From the NCBI GenBank assembly GCA_963665665.1, contig OY762428.1:4768001-4832000 (forward strand): 64,000 nt of DNA, read 5' to 3'. Position numbers and translations under genes: made by a program. This document shows, piece after piece, positions 41,555 through 50,828 of this stretch. Source of the stretch: Candidatus Kapaibacterium sp. GTDB lineage: Bacteria; Bacteroidota; Ignavibacteria; Kapaibacteriales; UBA2268. The notes under the pieces were generated by a model. That model worked only from the letters and a program-made list of their open reading frames with translations. It ran no database searches and had not been told where the DNA came from. How positions within the stretch are numbered: position 1 is the first letter of the stretch; the number at the start of each line of letters is the position of its first letter.

Positions 41555-42688
41555 ATGAATCTTTTTCAAATAGATAAAAAAGACCCGGACTCAAAAGCAA
41601 GAGCCGGATATTTATATACCGATCACGGGGTAATTCCTACGCCTGTGTTTATGCCTGTTGGTACTCAGGGAACAGTAAAAGCTATTGAGCAAAGGGAACT
41701 GGTTGATTATGGTGCAAAAATTATCCTTGGCAATACATATCATCTCTATCTGCGTCCGGGCGACAAAGTTGTGAACCACTTTGACGGCCTTCATAAATTT
41801 ATCAACTGGAAAGGAGCAATACTTACAGACAGTGGCGGATACCAGATATTTTCTCTTCAGGACCTGAGGAAACTGAAAGAGGAGGGAGCAGAATTCAAAT
41901 CTCATATCGACGGTTCAAAGCATTTTTTCTCTCCTGAAAATGTGGTTGATATTCAGCGTAATCTTGGTTCTGATATTATTATGGTACTTGACGAATGTAC
42001 ACCATACCCGGCGGAAAGAAAGCAGGCAAGGGATTCAATGGAATTGTCGCTCAGATGGGCAAAAAGGTCGAGGGTAGCTTTCGACAAAACCGATCCGCTA
42101 TACGGCCACAGGCAGTTTCAATTCGGGATAGGGCAGGGGAGCATGTATAAAGACCTGAGAAAAGAATATCTTGAAAGAATGATTGAAATTGATTTTGACG
42201 GGAATGCAATGGGGGGGCTTTCCGTTGGTGAACCAGCTGAAATGATGTACGAACTGGTTGACCTTAGTACGGATATTTTGCCGGAAGATAAGCCAAGATA
42301 CCTTATGGGAGTTGGTACTCCGGAAAATATCCTGACCTGTATCGAAATGGGTGTTGATATGTTTGATTGTGTATTACCCACGAGGAATGCCCGTAACGGA
42401 CAGATATTTACCAGCAGGGGAAAGATAAATATCAGGAATGCTCAGTATAAATTATCGGATGAACTTATCGACGAGAATGTGGATTCCTATGCCGGTAAGA
42501 ATTTCACGCTGGGTTACCTGAGGCATCTATTCATTGCTAACGAAATATTGGGGCTGCAACTGGCATCACAGCAGAATATTGCTTTTTATCTATGGCTTGC
42601 GCGAACAGCAAGGGAGAAAATTATTGATGGTTGTTATTCAGATTGGAAAAAAGAGATATTAGAGAAACTATCCGGCGGGAATAATTGA
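41555..42688 (+). CDS. tgt: tRNA-guanine(34) transglycosylase
   Basis: TPVFMPVGT, NTYHL, LTDSGGYQ, PRYLMGVG and DMFDCVLPTR. Confidence 0.98.
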   Translation: MNLFQIDKKDPDSKARAGYLYTDHGVIPTPVFMPVGTQGTVKAIEQRELVDYGAKIILGNTYHLYLRPGDKVVNHFDGLHKFINWKGAILTDSGGYQIFSLQDLRKLKEEGAEFKSHIDGSKHFFSPENVVDIQRNLGSDIIMVLDECTPYPAERKQARDSMELSLRWAKRSRVAFDKTDPLYGHRQFQFGIGQGSMYKDLRKEYLERMIEIDFDGNAMGGLSVGEPAEMMYELVDLSTDILPEDKPRYLMGVGTPENILTCIEMGVDMFDCVLPTRNARNGQIFTSRGKINIRNAQYKLSDELIDENVDSYAGKNFTLGYLRHLFIANEILGLQLASQQNIAFYLWLARTAREKIIDGCYSDWKKEILEKLSGGNN

Positions 42689-42814
42689 TTCAGGCCACAT
42701 GGTTAACCCTGTGGTTATCTTCGACTCTCAATAACAGTTTCTGAAAATTTTCACAAAGACTGATGAATTAGCAAATATTTCAATTTTGCTGTTATCAAAT
42801 CGAAAATTAATTCT

Positions 42815-42822
42815 TATATTTG
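42815..42822 (+). promoter_or_regulatory. Bacteroidota-type -7 promoter motif upstream of yajC
   Basis: TATATTTG about 50 bp before the ATG. The same motif occurs at 12314, 39591 and 36296 (minus). Confidence 0.4.
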
Positions 42823-42872
42823 AAATCTATAATTGAATATTTTGTTTAATGATATATAATATCGGAGAGAAA

Positions 42873-43187
42873 ATGTTTGACATTTTATCAACAATGCTTT
42901 TAATGGGAGCTCCTCAGGAAGGCGCTGGCGGCGGTAGTATGATTTCAATGCTTATCATGTTTGGCGGCGTAATACTTGTAATGTATTTCTTAATGATCAG
43001 GCCCCAGCAGAAAAGGCAGAAAGAACACCAGAAAATGCTGGAAGGCGTGAAAAAAGGCGACAAGGTAGTTACTACTGCCGGCATTCATGGCACTGTAACA
43101 GAAGTTAGCGAAAAAACTTTCGTTCTTCAGATGGCTGATAACGTGAAAGTTACTTTCGAGAAAAGCGCTATCGCATCAAAAAATTAA
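42873..43187 (+). CDS. yajC: preprotein translocase subunit YajC
   Basis: YFLMIRPQQKR and KKGDKVVTTAGIHG; follows tgt. Confidence 0.96.
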   Translation: MFDILSTMLLMGAPQEGAGGGSMISMLIMFGGVILVMYFLMIRPQQKRQKEHQKMLEGVKKGDKVVTTAGIHGTVTEVSEKTFVLQMADNVKVTFEKSAIASKN

Positions 43188-43213
43188 TTTTATAATTTTT
43201 CTCGGCAAAAAAG

Positions 43214-44410
43214 ATGAATACAATAGATGAAGCCCTGCGCGATCTGGTATCGGGCAAAATGGTTATCGTTATGGACGATGAAGACAGGGAAAATGAAGGC
43301 GACCTTATTGCGGCTGCCGAGCTTTGCACACCGGAAACAATTAATTTTATGTCAACAAATGCTAAGGGGCTTATCTGCTTATCGATAACTCCCGAAAGAG
43401 CCGAGGAGCTAAAGCTTCATCGTATGGTTGAAGACAGTTCCGCTCCGCATGGCACTAATTTTACTGTTTCGGTTGATTACCTGCACGGAACAACTACCGG
43501 TATTTCTGCAGCTGACCGTGCCGCTACTGTTAGAGCAATAGCAAACAAGGACACCAAACCAGAAGATTTGGCAAGGCCGGGGCATATTTTTCCGCTTATT
43601 GCCGTAAAAGAAGGTGTACTAAGGCGTGCCGGACATACCGAAGCTGGTGTGGACCTGATGAGGCTTGCCGGGCTGAAACCCATGGGCGTGATTTGCGAGA
43701 TTATCAACGAAGACGGCACTATGGCAAGAAAGCCGCAACTTGAGGAATTTGCCAAAAATCATGACATGAAAATTATTACCGTTAAAGATCTTATAGCATA
43801 CAGGCTTAAAAAGGACGGTAACGTAAGGCAGGTGGCCGAAGCACAACTTCCGAGCGAATACGGAGAGTTTACATTGAAGGTATTTGCTAATGTGGTTGAT
43901 AATAAAGAGCATGTTGCCCTTGTTAAAGGACGTTGGAATAGTGATGAACCCATTATGGTTCGTGTTCATTCAGAATGCCTGACCGGAGATGTTTTTGCCT
44001 CGAGGCGTTGTGATTGCGGCGACCAGCTTCACAATGCTATGCAAATGATCGATAAAGCAGGCAAAGGCGTGCTTCTTTATATGAGGCAGGAAGGCCGCGG
44101 AATCGGGCTGATAAACAAAGTCCGTGCTTATGCTCTTCAGGAAGAAGGTTTGGATACTGTTGAAGCAAATGAAAAGTTAGGATTTTCACCTGATCCGAGG
44201 GATTATGGTATTGGTGCTCAGATACTTGCTAATCTTGGTGTGAAAAAAATGCACCTGATAACTAACAATCCAACTAAAAGAGTTGGCTTGCAGAGCTACG
44301 GTTTGGAAGTTGTTGACCTTGTTCCGATAGAGATTGAACCAAATGAAGTGAACGAGGAATACCTCAGAACCAAAAAAAATAAGATGGGGCATTTGCTTCA
44401 TCATTTGTAA
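43214..44410 (+). CDS. ribBA: bifunctional DHBP synthase / GTP cyclohydrolase II
   Basis: [31 protein letters not shown] and QEGRGIGL. Confidence 0.97.
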   Translation: MNTIDEALRDLVSGKMVIVMDDEDRENEGDLIAAAELCTPETINFMSTNAKGLICLSITPERAEELKLHRMVEDSSAPHGTNFTVSVDYLHGTTTGISAADRAATVRAIANKDTKPEDLARPGHIFPLIAVKEGVLRRAGHTEAGVDLMRLAGLKPMGVICEIINEDGTMARKPQLEEFAKNHDMKIITVKDLIAYRLKKDGNVRQVAEAQLPSEYGEFTLKVFANVVDNKEHVALVKGRWNSDEPIMVRVHSECLTGDVFASRRCDCGDQLHNAMQMIDKAGKGVLLYMRQEGRGIGLINKVRAYALQEEGLDTVEANEKLGFSPDPRDYGIGAQILANLGVKKMHLITNNPTKRVGLQSYGLEVVDLVPIEIEPNEVNEEYLRTKKNKMGHLLHHL

Positions 44411-44453
44411 TGATAAATATTTTTATTATATTATAATTAGAAATTATTGAATT

Positions 44454-44502
44454 AGCCCGCTTCATTGTAACAAAAGGCTCTTTGTTACAAGGGCTTTTTT
44501 TT
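44454..44502 (+). terminator. intrinsic terminator or attenuator immediately upstream of greA
   Basis: AGCCC..TTGTAACAAA-loop-TTTGTTACAA-GGGC followed by T8. Confidence 0.65.
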
Positions 44503-44532
44503 ATTTGGGTTAAGTTAATTAACGGAGTTATT

Positions 44533-45006
44533 ATGGCTGAAATTGTTTATATGACGAAAGAAAGAGCTAAAGAAATTGAGGATGAGCTTTATTACCTTAA
44601 AACTAAAGAAAGAAGGGTAATCGCTCAGAAAATTGCTGATGCACGTTCTCATGGAGATCTTTCTGAAAATGCAGATTATGATGCTGCAAAGGACGAACAG
44701 GGCCTTTTGGAATTAAAAATTTCCAAGCTTGAAAAAATTCTGGCTAATGCCCAGATTATCAGGCCCGATGAGTTTCCCGACGATAAAGTTTATATTCTGA
44801 CAAAAGTAAAGATTAAAAATAGAAAAACAGGCCACGTTATTGATTATCAAATGGTTGGCCAGGAGGAATCAGATTTTGAACAAAATAAAATCTCGGTAAC
44901 TTCACCTTTGGGCAAAGCCCTGATGGGTAAAAAAGTCGGGGAAATTGCTGAAATGACCGTGCCTGCCGGAAAAATGGAATTTGAAATTCTTGACATTTCA
45001 AAATAA
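44533..45006 (+). CDS. greA: transcription elongation factor GreA
   Basis: ARSHGDLSENADYDAAK and ISVTSPLGKALMG; GGAG RBS before ATG 44533. Confidence 0.97.
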   Translation: MAEIVYMTKERAKEIEDELYYLKTKERRVIAQKIADARSHGDLSENADYDAAKDEQGLLELKISKLEKILANAQIIRPDEFPDDKVYILTKVKIKNRKTGHVIDYQMVGQEESDFEQNKISVTSPLGKALMGKKVGEIAEMTVPAGKMEFEILDISK

Positions 45007-45010
45007 TTTT

Positions 45011-45042
45011 AAAAAAAGCGGATTTTATTCCGCTTTTTTTTT
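45011..45042 (+). terminator. intrinsic terminator after greA
   Basis: A-tract-GCGGA...TCCGC-T-tract. Confidence 0.75.
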
Positions 45043-45068
45043 AAACCTCCCGCTAATTGCTGTGTCTA
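45042..45068 (+). promoter_or_regulatory. putative ECF sigma autoregulatory promoter
   Basis: TAAAC-N17-GTCTA just upstream of the ECF sigma gene. Confidence 0.4.
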
Positions 45069-45096
45069 TATAACAAGGACAATTTAAGGGAGTATC

Positions 45097-45663
45097 GTGA
45101 TGAATACGATGGCATATACTGTTAAAGAAGATTTGGAAATAGTAAAAAGAATAGTTGAATCGGGCAGCCGAAAAGCAGCTAACGAATTTGTTCGCAATTA
45201 CAGGACTTTTGTATATTCTACTGCTATGCGCTACCTGAAAAATGACGAGGATGCTGAAGATGCAGCACAGGAAATATTTATTAAAGCTTTGAATAACCTG
45301 AAGGGTTTCAAGGGAAATTCCAATATAAAAACATGGCTGTACAGGATAACAGCAAACCATTGTTCCAATGTTTTAAGAAAAAGAAAAATAATGTCGATAT
45401 TCACAAGAATGGACAGGGATGATTTTCCCGAAGTTAAATCAAATGCTCCAGGGCCGGATACACAATATGAGGGAAAAGAATTAAGGCAAAGATTTCTAAC
45501 TGCTTTAGAGAAGCTGCCAAAAAAACAAAGAGAAACTTTTGCACTGAGATACTTTGATGAATTGAGCTATGATGAAATTTCAGCTATGCTGGGTACAAGC
45601 ATTGGCGGGTTAAAAGCAAATTATTACCAGGCAGTAAAAAAACTTTCCGTTTACTTGAAATAG
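45097..45663 (+). CDS. ECF RNA polymerase sigma factor
   Basis: DAEDAAQEIFIKA, TWLYRITAN, LPKKQRETFALRY and LSYDEISAML. Confidence 0.95.
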   Translation: MMNTMAYTVKEDLEIVKRIVESGSRKAANEFVRNYRTFVYSTAMRYLKNDEDAEDAAQEIFIKALNNLKGFKGNSNIKTWLYRITANHCSNVLRKRKIMSIFTRMDRDDFPEVKSNAPGPDTQYEGKELRQRFLTALEKLPKKQRETFALRYFDELSYDEISAMLGTSIGGLKANYYQAVKKLSVYLK

Positions 45664-45678
45664 ATTGCAGGTGCTAAA

Positions 45679-46395
45679 ATGAATATGCAACAGGATAAAA
45701 TATATAAAAAAATGCAGGAAAATCTTCCGGATTATGTTTTCGGAAGATTAACAGATTCTGATAAGCTTTGGTTCGAAGAAAACCTTTCTGATTTTCCTGA
45801 TATCCAGGAAGAAATCAAACAGGTTAAAGCGGTATTCAACAGGATTGAAAAAATTGATTTTCGTTCTGATATCGAACATAAAACCCGTAACCTGTCAGTT
45901 AAAGTAATGGATAGAATGGATGCTACATACCTGGATAAAAAATATGGAGGTTTCAAAAAAAGAGTTTTGTATCCGGCGGTATCACTTGCTGTTTTGATGA
46001 TAGTAACTTATTACTCTGTTTTTTATAATCCCGTTTTTATCGACGACGGCAATACTGAAATTGCCTTTTCAACACAGCCGATAGTTACTTTCAACGAAAT
46101 GGAAGTAGAAAAGATTACCGGCGAAGCAGAACCTGCAGAAATAAATATTAATAATAGTTTAGCTCAGGAAACGATTCCCACTGTGGTTGAAATTGAAGAA
46201 TCAACTGAAGAAACCGACGAAATATATGAAGATTTTTTACTTGATAGTTTAAAAGATTTATTTATCACAGAAAATACCGTTCTTCCGGAAGAAACACTGG
46301 CCTATAATAGCATTCCGGAAGTGCTCGAAGATATGAATGAAGACGATTTTCAGGATTTACTTGAGGTTATGAGCAATGCAAATTTCAAATTTTAA
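45679..46395 (+). CDS. putative membrane-anchored anti-sigma factor
   Basis: Follows the ECF sigma gene. N-terminal LPDYVFGRL helix, one TM helix, acidic C-terminus. Confidence 0.7.
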   Translation: MNMQQDKIYKKMQENLPDYVFGRLTDSDKLWFEENLSDFPDIQEEIKQVKAVFNRIEKIDFRSDIEHKTRNLSVKVMDRMDATYLDKKYGGFKKRVLYPAVSLAVLMIVTYYSVFYNPVFIDDGNTEIAFSTQPIVTFNEMEVEKITGEAEPAEININNSLAQETIPTVVEIEESTEETDEIYEDFLLDSLKDLFITENTVLPEETLAYNSIPEVLEDMNEDDFQDLLEVMSNANFKF

Positions 46396-46933
46396 AACAA
46401 TTGCCTCTGTGCTGACTTTATTTTTTGCATTGATTGCGATGCCGGTTAATGCACAGCAGGCCAAGAAAGCATTCGAAAGAATGAACACGATTAAAAAGGT
46501 TAAGCTGTTGGAATTACTTGATCTGGATGAACAGAAATCAGATAAGTTTCTGCTCCTTTTCAACAAATACGAGAAAGAATTTCATGCCCTGAAAGAAAAA
46601 ATGGACTTGGTAATGGCCGAGATGAAATTACTTGTTAAGTCCGATGGTAATAATGCTAAGATTAATGAAAAAATTACTGAAATGTTTAATCTTAGAGAGA
46701 AATTCATGGTAATGCAAAAAGAAAAAGACGATAAAGTCAGAAAGATACTGGATGATAAACAATTTGCCAGATATCTTATCTTTGAGCATGAATTTGTGCA
46801 TGAATTAAGAAGGCAAATGTTTGAGATCCATAAAAGGAAAAGGGGAGACAGGGACAGAAGAAACAAAAACAGGGACGATATGCCCCCGCCACCCCCGGGC
46901 GATGAACTCTTAAATAATCAGGAAACTGATTAG
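46376..46933 (+). CDS. periplasmic Spy/CpxP-like helical protein
   Basis: Signal peptide, LDLDEQKS and ILDDKQFARY motifs; third gene of the ECF operon. Confidence 0.65.
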   Translation: MQISNFKTIASVLTLFFALIAMPVNAQQAKKAFERMNTIKKVKLLELLDLDEQKSDKFLLLFNKYEKEFHALKEKMDLVMAEMKLLVKSDGNNAKINEKITEMFNLREKFMVMQKEKDDKVRKILDDKQFARYLIFEHEFVHELRRQMFEIHKRKRGDRDRRNKNRDDMPPPPPGDELLNNQETD

Positions 46934-47019
46934 AAAAGAATCTGATTGTTTTTGCTATTGGGAATAAATATTGAATTTTTCCGAATATTGTTCCCAACCA
47001 TTTAATCTCTATGGGACAA

Positions 47020-47043
47020 AACCCCGAAGCTTACTTCGGGGTT
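47020..47043. repeat. hairpin AACCCCGAAG-CTTA-CTTCGGGGTT (terminator or REP-like)
   Basis: Perfect 10-bp stem downstream of the ECF operon. Confidence 0.5.
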
Positions 47044-47306
47044 ATTCATTTAAAGAGATATCAATTATTATGGATAAATTTGTGATAATTGCAGTTTCCT
47101 GCTATGAAATATTAAAATTTATTATTATTTTAATTAAAAATAGATTTCTATTGAAGATTATAAATTCCGAAATTATTGAAAATCAATCAGGATTTTTTAA
47201 AACTAACATGCAGGCTTAGTCAATAATATTAATTAATCATTTATATAAAGGCAATCATAATATAGCTTTCGATAAACTACAAATTTCTAACTTAACAGGT
47301 TTGATT

Positions 47307-48857
47307 ATGAAAAAAATTGTCCTTTTTATGATTTCAATCATAACACTTAGTTCTTATTCTTTCAGCCAGCCAACCTACGATTGGCATACATTTTACGGCT
47401 CAGCCTTTAGCGGAGCTGTAGGAACAGACCGTTCCTATGCGGTAACTTATGATAACAGCGGAAATATTTACCTGACTGGTATGAGCGAGAGTACATGGAC
47501 CGGTCCTGCCGCCCAGGCTCCACTTCATGCACATTCAGGTATTACCAACGTATTTATACTGAAATTGAATAGCAGCGGCGCTTACCAATGGCATACTTTC
47601 TTCGGTGGTTCATCCGATTGTTACGGTTTTGATATGACTTCCGATGCTTCGGGGAATTTATATATTACCGGTTTTTCGGAGGATACATGGAATGGCCCTG
47701 CTCCTGCATCACAGGCACCTATTAACGCCTACAGCGGTTCGGGCAAAGATGGTTTTGCTTTGAAACTTAATTCATCGGGCGCTTACCAGTGGCACACTTT
47801 TTTTGGTGCTACAGGCGCTGACGACGAAGCAAGCGGAATTATACTTGACGGTAGTGATAATGTTTATGTTACCGGATTTAGTGAAGGCAGCTGGAATGTT
47901 GGAGCATCATCTCCATTGAATGGCTATTCCGGCAACAAGGATGTTTTTGTAATAAAATTGAACAGCAGCGGTGCATACCAGTGGCACAGTTTCTATGGTT
48001 CCGCTGATGATGACGACGCCTTTAATATAGCATGTGATTCTGATGATAATGTCTGCATAGGCGGTAGAAGTACATCAACATGGAACGGCCCGGGAAGTAC
48101 TTCCCCTATCCATGCACACGCCGGTGGCGGAAACAGAGACCTTCTGATTATGCAGTTGAACAGCAGCGGTACTTATCAGTGGCATACATTTTACGGTTCA
48201 AGCAGCGCAAACGAAGAAATTCGCGGCATCAATGTTGACGGGAATAATAATATTGTTGCATGTGGTAACGGCTCGGCTACATGGCAGGGCGATGGTGCGA
48301 CAGATCCACTCCATGCTTTTTCGGGTTCTGCCGATTATATTGTAATGAAATTAAATTCTTCGGGCGCATACCAGTGGCATACTTTCTATGGTTCCGCTTC
48401 AGCTAATGACTACCCGAATGACCTTGCAGTTGATACCAATAATGAAATATATGTTGCCGGAAGAAGCTATGCATCATGGCAGGGCGACGGCGCTACCGAC
48501 CCTCTTCACGCTTTTTCAGGCTACAGGGATATTTCTTTTATGAAGCTTTCCGCTGCAGGTGCATACCAGTGGCATAGTTTCTATGGTTCAACGGGTGACG
48601 ACAGGGGGCAGGATATTGTTCTGAACGGTACATCGTTGTATCTTACAGGCCGGGCTTCAGCTTCATTTGATGGCGACGACGGATCAGACACTCCGCTCCA
48701 TGCATTCCAGGGCGGCCCCGGCGACGCATGGGTTATGGCCTTTACTGTTCCGATTGTTTCAACAGCTATTCCAACACTTTCAGAATGGGCTGCATACAGT
48801 TTATTCGGCCTGCTGATGTTAGTCGGTGGTTTCTTTATCTGGAAAAAGTTGTTCTGA
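47307..48857 (+). CDS. SBBP-repeat beta-propeller protein with IPTL-CTERM sorting signal
   Basis: Signal peptide, about 7 repeats of KLNSSGAYQWHTFYG...YxTG, and C-terminal AIPTLSEW + TM helix + KK. Confidence 0.85.
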   Translation: MKKIVLFMISIITLSSYSFSQPTYDWHTFYGSAFSGAVGTDRSYAVTYDNSGNIYLTGMSESTWTGPAAQAPLHAHSGITNVFILKLNSSGAYQWHTFFGGSSDCYGFDMTSDASGNLYITGFSEDTWNGPAPASQAPINAYSGSGKDGFALKLNSSGAYQWHTFFGATGADDEASGIILDGSDNVYVTGFSEGSWNVGASSPLNGYSGNKDVFVIKLNSSGAYQWHSFYGSADDDDAFNIACDSDDNVCIGGRSTSTWNGPGSTSPIHAHAGGGNRDLLIMQLNSSGTYQWHTFYGSSSANEEIRGINVDGNNNIVACGNGSATWQGDGATDPLHAFSGSADYIVMKLNSSGAYQWHTFYGSASANDYPNDLAVDTNNEIYVAGRSYASWQGDGATDPLHAFSGYRDISFMKLSAAGAYQWHSFYGSTGDDRGQDIVLNGTSLYLTGRASASFDGDDGSDTPLHAFQGGPGDAWVMAFTVPIVSTAIPTLSEWAAYSLFGLLMLVGGFFIWKKLF

Positions 48858-48882
48858 TACACAAATAATTATTAAGCATAAT

Positions 48883-48910
48883 AAGCAGCTCTTTCGGGCT
48901 GCTTTTTTTT
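48883..48910 (+). terminator. intrinsic terminator
   Basis: AAGCAGCTC-TTTC-GGGCTGC followed by T8. Confidence 0.8.
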
Positions 48911-48980
48911 ATGTTCGATACTTCGGAAATCAGAATTCATGAAAATTCAGACTTCGTGGTTTTGATTATCCCAATACATT

Positions 48981-49180
48981 TCCCTGGCAGGTGTGCCCGA
49001 AGGGCGGGGGTGGTTTCATTTTCTTAGTCTCCCTTATCCACGAGCTAAAGCACGTGGCTATTGAATTTTGCGATGCTCTGGATGGATTGTCATACTGAGC
49101 GGAGCGAAGTATCCATTCTTATTACATTATCTAACTAAAGAAGATGGATTCTTCGGTCGCTTCGCTTTCTCAGAATGACA
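48981..49180. repeat. REP mosaic (family B, family C and a complete family A pair)
   Basis: ccgaagggcgggggtgg...tatccacgagctaaagcacgtggctattg; tgtcatactgagcggagcgaagtatcc...ggattcttcggtcgc...ctcagaatgaca. Confidence 0.7.
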
Positions 49181-49409
49181 ACATAATACCTCCTTCTCTG
49201 GCCCTCTCCCTCCGTTTTTCCACCCCAATGAACAGGACGTCGGCCTTAATTCCCCATCCTGTGGTTTCAATGAATCGGATAATTTCCTTATTTCAACGCT
49301 GTTTTGAACCAGAATCCTGATGTTTGGGCTAATTGATTGGATTGCAGGGCTTTAAACTGCCTTGGCCGGAGTTATTGAACTACTGTTTGGCCTTATTGTA
49401 GTGAAATTT

Positions 49410-49535
49410 GGCCTCATCCCACGCTTGTTTGGCTTCATCCCACGCTTGTTTGACTTCATCCCACGCTTGTTTGGCTTCATCCCACGCTTGTTTGGCTTCA
49501 TCCCACGCTTGTTTGACCTCATCCCACGCTTGTTT
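49410..49535. repeat. 21-bp tandem repeat, 6 near-identical units GRCYTCATCCCACGCTTGTTT
   Basis: Units start at 49410, 49431, 49452, 49473, 49494 and 49515. Degenerate in-phase units extend back to about 49242. Confidence 0.95.
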
Positions 49536-49557
49536 GACCTTATTGAACATGTTCTTT

Positions 49558-50448
49558 GCCTCCGACCAAGAGTTCAATGCCTTCAACCAAGGCGTCAATA
49601 CCTTCAACCAAGGCATCAATACCTTCAACCAAGGCATCAATACCTTCAACCAAGGCATCAATGCCTTCGACCAAGGCGTCAATGACTCCGACCAAGGCAT
49701 CAATGACTCCGACCAATGCATCAATGGAATCAACCATTGGTGCATCGGCTTCGACCCCTCCCAAACCCTCCCCGAAGGGGAGGGCTTTGAAGAAGAACAG
49801 AGCGGCTTTGGCGTCAATGTCTCCGACCAAGGCGGAAATAAAGCCAAACATTGCTGCAATAGCTTCAACCAAGAGTTCATTATCTTCAAACATCGGTGCA
49901 TCGATTTGGAACAATGCGACAATAAAGCAAAACATTGCTGCAATAGGTGCAAACAAGACCTCAATACCTCTGACCCCTCCCAAACCCTCCCCGAAGGAGA
50001 GGGCTTTGAAGTAAAACAGGGCGGCTTTGGCGTCAAACAAGGCATCAATGACTCCGACCAAGGCGCCAATATCATCAAACATTGGTGCTTTGCCTCTGAC
50101 CCTCCTTACCTCCTCCCAGCCCCCTCCTTCGGAAGGAGGGGGAGTTAATTCTATGATATTTAAATTCTTATCCCCTCCTCAGGGAGGAGGGGATTATAGG
50201 GGAGGTTTTCTTTCTTTGATTTGGACCAAGGCGTCAATAACTTCAACCAAGGCAGCAATGACTCCGAACAAGGCATCAATGACTCCGACCAAGGCAGCAA
50301 TGACTCCGAACAAGGCATCAATGACTCCGACCAAGGTGTCAATGACTCCGAACAAGGCATCAATAACTTCGACCAAGGCATCAATGACTCCGACCAAGGC
50401 GCCAATATCATCAAACATTGGTGTTTTTTCTCCGGCAATGGCGCTATG
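49558..50448. repeat. 21-bp tandem repeat array (consensus about GACTCCGACCAAGGCATCAAT), about 30 units, interrupted by family B palindromes
   Basis: Blocks start at 49558, 49819, 50029 and 50218. Inserts lie at about 49752, 49971 and 50097-50205. Confidence 0.9.
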
Positions 50449-50640
50449 TATGCTTGTTATTCCAAAAATATTCTTGCCCGTTGATTTATTGTTCCCGTTT
50501 GTGGATTTTTGATGTTAATGTCTGTTTGTATTTTTTTCGCTGCTCTTCTTATCTGATCACTGGAAATAATACTCGGTATTAAATGGAATTAAAATGGCAT
50601 TGATGAACAACGAGTAATTCTTAAAACACTATCTGCAAAA

Positions 50641-50730
50641 GAAGATGGATTCTTCCATCGCAAGCTCCGTCAGAATGACAACTTTACCTGTCCCCCGCTG
50701 GCGGGGGTGTCCGAAGGACGGGGGTGGATT
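50641..50730. repeat. REP mosaic (family A half plus family B)
   Basis: ggattcttccatcgcaagctccgtcagaatgaca and tcccccgctggcgggggtgtccgaaggacgggggtggatt. Confidence 0.65.
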
Positions 50731-50769
50731 CCCAAATAATTCCCCGGTGTATAAAATGTAATTAAGCAC

Positions 50770-50810
50770 AAAAAAATCCTCCCTGCCAGAATAATTGAAA
50801 AGGGAGGATT
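50770..50810 (-). terminator. intrinsic terminator of the Omp28-like gene
   Basis: AATCCTCCCT...AGGGAGGATT stem with an A-tract on the plus strand (U-tract on minus). Confidence 0.6.
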
Positions 50811-50828
50811 GACATGAATAAAAAAAGA

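Noticed and set aside
49410-50448. CRISPR array
   Set aside because: Units are head-to-tail with no unique spacers, and no cas genes are in the window.
49362-50512. Nine overlapping ORFs in the ORF track as real genes
   Set aside because: They follow from stop-poor repeat units. None has a clear RBS or recognisable domain, so no frame could be chosen.
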